Assembly (NCBI GenBank): GCA_944331915.1
Contig: CALVIR010000001.1
Coordinates: 10,851 to 74,850 of the forward strand
DNA: 64,000 bases
Source: an uncultured Bacilli bacterium
GTDB taxonomy: Bacteria > Bacillota_I > Bacilli_A > RF39 > UBA660
Direction of reading: 5' to 3'
Below are positions 58,210 through 64,000 of the stretch, one piece after another (the stretch's first letter is position 1; each line of letters begins with the position of its first letter). The position numbers and the translations under genes were made by a program. Under the pieces are notes generated by a model. That model was given only the letters and a program-made list of their open reading frames with translations, did not search any database and was not told the DNA's origin.

Positions 58210-59466
58210 GTGTTTTGTGGTGAATGTGGAGCTAAAAACGAAAAAGGAGCTTCATTCTGTGCTGAATGTGGTGCTAAATTAGAAAATAATGAAGAAAAAG
58301 AAACAAAATCTTCTAGTAGTAAAAAAACTAGTCAAAAAAAAGTTACTAGAAAGAAAATGTCTAAAAAACAAAAAATTATCATTATTATTTGTATTGTCGT
58401 AGTTGTAGTATTATTTAGCTTATATCAAATTGGAGCTTATCTTACTAATCCAAAACAAATAGTTAAAGAATATATTGAGGCAGTTGAAAGTAAGGATTAT
58501 GATAAGATATATGACTATGAGAACTTTACAGGAGATACTACTTTTGTCAGTAAAGATTTATATGAAACAAAAGTAAAAGGAACTTTAGAAGAGATTGAAA
58601 TTACCAACTATAGTGTTGGAGAAACTACTTATGAAAATGAAGGTTTAACTGCTAATGTTAAAGTCAGTATGACTGTTACAAATGGTGAGGAAACTGAAAC
58701 TGGTGATATTACCTTTGAATTAACCAAGGAAAAAGACAAAAAATATCTTATTTACAATAATTGGTCTTTAGATACCAAAGAGATGTTTAATGTAAGTCTA
58801 ATTGAAGATTATGAAATAAGTGTACCTAAAGGCACAGAGGTTACTTATAATGATATTAAAGTTAGTGATAAATACTTACTTGATACATCAACAGATAGTA
58901 CAGATATCTATTCCCTACCTCAAGTTTTAGGAGTAGATACTAAGGTTAATTTCAAATTAGCAAATGGGATGGAACTAAATGATAATGTAAGTCCATCATC
59001 TTATTATGACAGTTATGATTTGGAAATATCAAAAAATGACTTTAGTGCTGAAGAACAAGAAAAAATATCAACAACAATAACCAATAGTATTAGTAGTGCT
59101 ATGGAAGGATTAAGTACTAACAAATCTTTTAATGAAATTAAAAATAATTTTGCAACAACCCAAAATTTAGATGATTTAGAAGAAGAATATAATGACTCGC
59201 TTGATACCTTCAATGATAAAAATTATACAATCAGTAACTTTGAAATAACTAAACTTAATATTTCCGCCATATCTTTTGATGATAATTATAACATTCGTGT
59301 AAATACAAGAATTAATTACAAATACACAGCTACATCAAAAGAAGATGGAGAAACTGATGATAATACTGATTATGACTACTTTTATTGTTATTTAGCATAT
59401 GAAGATGGAGAATATAAATTAGTAGATATTGATAGTTTTCCAAGCGTATATGCATACTTTTTTTAG
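58210..59466 (+). CDS. Zinc-ribbon membrane protein with a large extracytoplasmic domain (TcaA-like architecture)
   Basis: GTG start 10 nt after GGAG. FCGECGAKNEKGASFCAECGAKL, a K/S-rich linker, one TM, then about 340 aa outside the membrane. Confidence 0.6.
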   Translation: MFCGECGAKNEKGASFCAECGAKLENNEEKETKSSSSKKTSQKKVTRKKMSKKQKIIIIICIVVVVVLFSLYQIGAYLTNPKQIVKEYIEAVESKDYDKIYDYENFTGDTTFVSKDLYETKVKGTLEEIEITNYSVGETTYENEGLTANVKVSMTVTNGEETETGDITFELTKEKDKKYLIYNNWSLDTKEMFNVSLIEDYEISVPKGTEVTYNDIKVSDKYLLDTSTDSTDIYSLPQVLGVDTKVNFKLANGMELNDNVSPSSYYDSYDLEISKNDFSAEEQEKISTTITNSISSAMEGLSTNKSFNEIKNNFATTQNLDDLEEEYNDSLDTFNDKNYTISNFEITKLNISAISFDDNYNIRVNTRINYKYTATSKEDGETDDNTDYDYFYCYLAYEDGEYKLVDIDSFPSVYAYFF

Positions 59467-59486
59467 ATAGAAAGGAAAGATAAATT

Positions 59487-60263
59487 ATGGCAAAGTTTTG
59501 TACTAAATGTGGTAAACCTCTAAAAGATGGAAAACCATGTGATTGTGAAAAAGAAAATAAAAAAGAAGAAATAAAAGAAAAAATTGAAAATGATAATGAT
59601 GAAAGTTCTGTTGATGTAGGAGCTGCAGTAAATAATTGTGTTAATATTTTATTAGGGATGATTAAAAAACCAAGTAATACATTGGCCAAAAAAGCTAATA
59701 AAAATAATTTTACTTTAGCAATTGTCTCTATTATTGTAAACGCCATTGTGTTTGGCTTAACTGTTCATTTTCTTTATAGTAATATTTTTGGCCATGAAGG
59801 ATATGATCTTAGTTTTGTCTCATCACAATTAGAGATATTTACAAAATTATTTGGACTTGGTAGTATTACCTCTAACCAAGGTCTTAATGCCGGTATATTT
59901 ATGATAATTATGTCTTTTATTATTATTGGAATATTATATTTAATGCATACAGGAATTTATAAAAAAGCAATTGATAGCAAAAAAATTGTTGGTTTAGTAG
60001 GAATTAGTGAACTATTCTTTACATTAGGACTTATTGTAACTATTATCGTTTCATTTATTAGTCCTATTGTTGCATTAATAGTATTCCTTCTAGTAGCATT
60101 ATGCTTCTGTGTTCATATTCATCAAGGAATGCTAGAAGTAAGTGACATAAGTTCTGATAAAATTGTTTATACCGTTTCTATTAGTTTAGCAATCCCTGTT
60201 CTTGCATTTTTAACAACATTTGCAACAATGTTGATTATTGAATTAGGATTTTTATTAGGATAA
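59487..60263 (+). CDS. Zinc-ribbon polytopic membrane protein (paralog 1)
   Basis: MAKFCTKCGKPLKDGKPCDCEKE followed by about five TMs. Confidence 0.6.
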   Translation: MAKFCTKCGKPLKDGKPCDCEKENKKEEIKEKIENDNDESSVDVGAAVNNCVNILLGMIKKPSNTLAKKANKNNFTLAIVSIIVNAIVFGLTVHFLYSNIFGHEGYDLSFVSSQLEIFTKLFGLGSITSNQGLNAGIFMIIMSFIIIGILYLMHTGIYKKAIDSKKIVGLVGISELFFTLGLIVTIIVSFISPIVALIVFLLVALCFCVHIHQGMLEVSDISSDKIVYTVSISLAIPVLAFLTTFATMLIIELGFLLG

Positions 60264-60281
60264 TATTAAGGAGGAATATAA

Positions 60282-60989
60282 ATGGCAAAATTTTGTACAA
60301 AGTGTGGAAAACCACTTGAAGATGGAAAAAAATGTGATTGTGAAAAAGAAACTAAAAACGAAGAACAAAGTGTTGAAAATAATTTAGTTGATGGATCTTT
60401 AGATATCTTTAAAAATATTTTTGTTAATCCTTTAAAAACAGTAAAGAAATATGTTCATACTGAAAACTTAACTTTATCTTTAATACTTTCTTTAATTAAT
60501 GTAATTGTATTTGGATTATTTTTCTATTTCTTATTAAATAGTTTTGTTAAAGGAGCTGTAAGTAGTATTATTGGTATTAGTTTATCTTCAAGTACTAATA
60601 TTGATTTTATGAAAACATTCTTTGCAGGTATCGTAGGAATGGCTTTAGGATTATTACTTATTGCTGCAATAACTACTCTCTTTGCTTCTGTAATTTTTAA
60701 AGGTAAAGGATCATTTAAAGATTATTTAACTTTAACTGGAGTTATTACTCCAATCTCAACTGGAGCTTTAATTGTAGCAATTATATGTAGCTTTATTTCT
60801 TACAAATTAGCTTTAGCTGTTGCCTTTATTGGTGCCATTATCTATTTTGTTACATTTGTACAAAGTATGATTGATATTTATAAAGTTAACAAAGAAAGAA
60901 TTTCTTATATTGTTGCTATTACAATTGCCAGTACTTATATTATTGCAATCTTTGCTACTTACAAATTATTAGAAGCTATATATTTATAA
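60282..60989 (+). CDS. Zinc-ribbon polytopic membrane protein (paralog 2)
   Basis: MAKFCTKCGKPLEDGKKCDCEKE followed by about five TMs. The N-terminus is nearly identical to the preceding gene. Confidence 0.6.
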   Translation: MAKFCTKCGKPLEDGKKCDCEKETKNEEQSVENNLVDGSLDIFKNIFVNPLKTVKKYVHTENLTLSLILSLINVIVFGLFFYFLLNSFVKGAVSSIIGISLSSSTNIDFMKTFFAGIVGMALGLLLIAAITTLFASVIFKGKGSFKDYLTLTGVITPISTGALIVAIICSFISYKLALAVAFIGAIIYFVTFVQSMIDIYKVNKERISYIVAITIASTYIIAIFATYKLLEAIYL

Positions 60990-60997
60990 TAACAATT

Positions 60998-61026
60998 AAA
61001 GAGTGCTTTGATTGCACTCTTTTTTC
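60998..61026 (+). terminator. Intrinsic terminator of the zinc-ribbon operon
   Basis: AAAGAGTGC-TTTGATT-GCACTCTTT followed by T-rich sequence. Confidence 0.8.
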
Positions 61027-61030
61027 ATAC

Positions 61031-61068
61031 AAAAAACTGAACACTGGTCACCCTATTTATGTTCAGTT
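61031..61068 (-). terminator. Minus-strand intrinsic terminator about 270 nt downstream of the ABC exporter stop
   Basis: Minus-strand AACUGAACA-16 nt-UGUUCAGUU followed by UUUU. Confidence 0.55.
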
Positions 61069-61340
61069 CTATCTATGGCTTATGCCTTTAGATAAATTAG
61101 AATCACTTAGATCCTAATATAATGCTAGCTTACCGCCCAATTATAAGCTAACTATAAACACTATTACTTTGTTCAAAGAACTATGATGAATAAACACCCA
61201 AAATTTCTTTTCACATACTATTTAATTAATAATGTTTACATTTCTATATTACTATATTTTTAGTATAAATTCCACTATTTACGAAAATATTTTTAATTTT
61301 ATTTAGAAAGAAAGATAATCTATCTACCTTATAACTTATA

Positions 61341-63218
61341 TTATTCTAATTCAAAAGCACCTGTATATAATTGATAATATTGACCTTTTAATTCTATTAA
61401 CTGTTCATGATTACCACGTTCAATAATTTTACCTTGTTCAAGTACCATAATAGCTTTGGAATTTCTAACAGTTGATAATCGATGAGCAATTACAAAAACT
61501 GTTCGGCCATCCATTAATTTATCCATTCCATCCTGTACGATTTTTTCTGTTCTTGTATCAATTGATGAGGTTGCTTCATCTAAAATCATAACAGGAGGAT
61601 TATTAATAGCACATCTTGCAATAGAAATTAATTGGCGTTGTCCTTGTGAAAGTTGAGCTCCATTTCCCGTAATTACTGTATCATAACCATTTGGAAGAAG
61701 CCTAATAAACTCATCAGCATTGGCTAACTTAGCAGCCGCAATAACCTCTTCATCAGTCGCATTGCTTTTTCCATATTTTATATTTGATTTAATAGTTCCA
61801 GAAAATAAATTTGTATCTTGCAATACCATTCCAAGAGATTTTCTTAAATCATCTTTCTTAATTTTTTCAATGTTAATCCCATCATATCTAATCTTACCAC
61901 TATCAATATCATAGAAACGATTTAATAAGTTTGTAATAGTCGTTTTACCTGCTCCAGTCGCTCCAACAAAAGCAATCTTTTGACCAGGTTTCGCATAAAG
62001 AGTTATATCATGTAAAACTGTTTTTTCTTTCGTATATCCAAATGTAACATTTTCCATTTCAATATAACCTTTTAATTCAATGTATTCTAATCTTCCATCA
62101 TGATATGGATATTTCCAAGCCCAAGAAGAAGTTTCATCTTTAGTTTCTTCAATCTTACCATCTTTATCTTTTTTGATATTCACAAGTGTAACATACCCTT
62201 CATCTACCTCAGGTTTTTCATCCATCATATTAAAAATACGACTAGCCCCTGCTAAAGCCATAACCACAGAATTTAGTTGGTTCATTACCTGGTTAATTGG
62301 TTGAGAGAAATTTCTTGTCAATTGTAAGAAAGAAACGATGGTTCCAATTGTCAATGTTAAAGTTCCATTTAAAGTTAAGATAGTTCCAATAATAGCAATA
62401 CTTACATATTGTAAATTTCCTAAGTTATTAGCTATAGGCATTAAAATATTTACAAATTTATTAGCTTTATACATATCATTATTTAATTTATTGTTTAATC
62501 TTTGAAAATCCTTTTTCGCTTCCTCTTCATGAGTAAATACTTTTATTACTTTTTGCCCATTTAACATTTCTTCAATATAACCATTTACTCTTCCTAGCGA
62601 ATTCTGTTGACTTAAGAAATATTTTGAACTTTTAGAGGTGATTTTCTTAGTAATTAATACCGTAATAGTAGTAAATATAACTACAAAACAAGTTAAAGGA
62701 AGACTTAAATAAAGCATTGAACAAAAGATAGTAATAATACTAAAGGCAGCAGATATCATTTGTGGCAAACTTTGTGATAACAATTGTCTTAGTGTATCAG
62801 CATCATTTGTATAATGACTCATAATATCACCATGCGTATTAGTATCAAAATAACTAATTGGTAATCTTTCCATCTTTGCAAACATTTCATCTCTTATATC
62901 TTTTAAGATTCCTTGGGCAATTACTACCATCATTCTATTATATATAAATCCCGTAATTATACCTACAATATAAATTAAAGCCATAATTCCAATAGCATGT
63001 AATAAACCTGTAAAAACAGGATTATCTACCTCTAGTAAAGGCGTTATATAGTCATCAATTAATTTTTGAAGGAATAAAGATCCTGCCACAGTAGAAATAG
63101 AGTTAATTACAATACATATAAATACAACTATAAAAGATATCTTGTAATTTTTCTTAATATAACTTAATAATCTTAGTAAAGTTCCTCTTTTAATTTTTCT
63201 ACTCCTCATTAGTATCAC
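61341..63218 (-). CDS. ABC exporter, fused permease-ATPase subunit (heterodimeric multidrug/lipid exporter type)
   Basis: Six-TM domain, Walker A GATGAGKTT, signature LSQGQRQ, Walker B ILDEATS. Confidence 0.88.
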   Translation of the reverse strand: MILMRSRKIKRGTLLRLLSYIKKNYKISFIVVFICIVINSISTVAGSLFLQKLIDDYITPLLEVDNPVFTGLLHAIGIMALIYIVGIITGFIYNRMMVVIAQGILKDIRDEMFAKMERLPISYFDTNTHGDIMSHYTNDADTLRQLLSQSLPQMISAAFSIITIFCSMLYLSLPLTCFVVIFTTITVLITKKITSKSSKYFLSQQNSLGRVNGYIEEMLNGQKVIKVFTHEEEAKKDFQRLNNKLNNDMYKANKFVNILMPIANNLGNLQYVSIAIIGTILTLNGTLTLTIGTIVSFLQLTRNFSQPINQVMNQLNSVVMALAGASRIFNMMDEKPEVDEGYVTLVNIKKDKDGKIEETKDETSSWAWKYPYHDGRLEYIELKGYIEMENVTFGYTKEKTVLHDITLYAKPGQKIAFVGATGAGKTTITNLLNRFYDIDSGKIRYDGINIEKIKKDDLRKSLGMVLQDTNLFSGTIKSNIKYGKSNATDEEVIAAAKLANADEFIRLLPNGYDTVITGNGAQLSQGQRQLISIARCAINNPPVMILDEATSSIDTRTEKIVQDGMDKLMDGRTVFVIAHRLSTVRNSKAIMVLEQGKIIERGNHEQLIELKGQYYQLYTGAFELE

Positions 63219-64000
63219 TTCCTTTCATCTGTGATGTATATACCTCTTTATAAATCTTATTTGTTTTAAGTAACTCTTGATGAGTACCAATTCCATTAAT
63301 TTTTCCTTTATCCATAACAATGATTTTATCACAATTTTCAACTGAAGAAATTCTTTGAGCAATAATAATCTTAGTAGTATTTGGTATTTCTTCTTTGAAA
63401 GCTTTTTGAATTAAACTATCTGTTTTCGTATCAACAGCAGACGTAGAGTCATCTAATATTAAGATCTTAGGTTTACGGAGTAGTGCTCTAGCAATACATA
63501 ATCTTTGTTTTTGCCCACCAGATACATTGGTTCCACCTTCTTCAATATAAGTATCATAACCATCTGGAAATCTTGAGATAAACTCATCAGCTTGGGCAAG
63601 TTCACATACTCGTCTTACCTCTTCATTTGTTGCATTTTCATCACCCCAACGCACATTATCACTAATAGTACCAGTAAATAAGATATTTTTTTGAAGAACA
63701 CAGGCAACCTCTTTTCTTAATGCTTCTAAATCATAATCTTTTACATTTTCACCACCGACTTTTAATTCTCCTTCAGTGACATCATAAAGTCTTGGTATTA
63801 AATTTACTAAACTAGATTTACCTGCTCCGGTTCCTCCAATAATTCCCACTGTTTCTCCAGACTTAATTTTTAAGTTTATATTTTTTAAGCATTCTTTCTT
63901 TTTATTATTAACATAACTAAAGCTTACATTTTTAAACTCAATTGAACCATCTTTTACAGCAGGAATTGGATTGTCTTTTATTTTTATAGTAGGTTCTTCA
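63199..64000 (-). CDS. ABC exporter partner subunit; 5' part lies outside the window
   Basis: The frame is open to the window edge (..FKNVSFSYVNNKKKECLKNINLKIKSGETVGIIGGTGAGKSS). Signature VSGGQKQR, Walker B ILDDSTS. It overlaps the downstream subunit by 20 nt. Confidence 0.85.
   Translation of the reverse strand, partial: EEPTIKIKDNPIPAVKDGSIEFKNVSFSYVNNKKKECLKNINLKIKSGETVGIIGGTGAGKSSLVNLIPRLYDVTEGELKVGGENVKDYDLEALRKEVACVLQKNILFTGTISDNVRWGDENATNEEVRRVCELAQADEFISRFPDGYDTYIEEGGTNVSGGQKQRLCIARALLRKPKILILDDSTSAVDTKTDSLIQKAFKEEIPNTTKIIIAQRISSVENCDKIIVMDKGKINGIGTHQELLKTNKIYKEVYTSQMKGSDTNEE

Noticed and set aside
1-64000. Prophage, integrative element or transposon content.
   Set aside because: No integrase, transposase, recombinase, terminase or capsid-like ORF was recognised, and no tRNA was seen that could serve as an attachment site.

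Overview
The window is a very AT-rich, gene-dense chromosomal segment from a low-GC Firmicute (Clostridia/Erysipelotrichia-like). rpsT lies next to a Gpr-like gene start, which hints at a spore-former lineage. The genetic code is standard, since TGA is used as a real stop.

Most of the window (about 2.8-31.7 kb, all on the minus strand) is a cell-envelope glycopolymer locus made of two tightly packed operons plus tagGH:
- about nine glycosyltransferase domains, including two-domain enzymes;
- a TagGH-type ABC exporter;
- two polyprenyl-phosphate-sugar decoration modules (GT2 with GtrA and GT-C-like proteins);
- a UbiA-type polyprenyl-phosphate phosphoribosyltransferase with an adjacent HAD phosphatase;
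- a pyruvyl transferase with a coiled-coil tail;
- an O-acyltransferase and an SGNH hydrolase;
- an O-antigen-polymerase-like/GT4 fusion;
- a GH25 muramidase rich in cell-wall-binding repeats.

Two paralogous secreted proteins bracket the first operon as direct repeats. Each has a TasA/SipW-like N-terminus and DUF6273-like domains. One copy is frameshifted. Both are preceded by a conserved leader containing an intrinsic terminator, and one leader carries a G9 tract.

The remainder of the window contains:
- ppdK;
- an LtaS-like sulfatase split at an A8 run;
- htpG behind a CIRCE-like operator;
- a Zn-dependent alcohol dehydrogenase;
- a TetR regulator with a divergent small-membrane-protein operon;
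- a SWIM-SNF2 helicase operon;
- an 830-bp ORF-free gap containing a nested inverted/direct-repeat element;
- a 1366-aa repeat-rich surface protein next to a signal peptidase I;
- a UvrD/HelD-like helicase;
- a redox operon headed by a decayed flavodoxin;
- three tandem zinc-ribbon membrane proteins;
- a heterodimeric ABC exporter that runs off the window edge.

I recognised no rRNA, tRNA, CRISPR array, transposase or integrase. All motif coordinates were counted by hand and may be off by 1-2 nt. Family assignments rest on remembered sequence signatures, not on searches.
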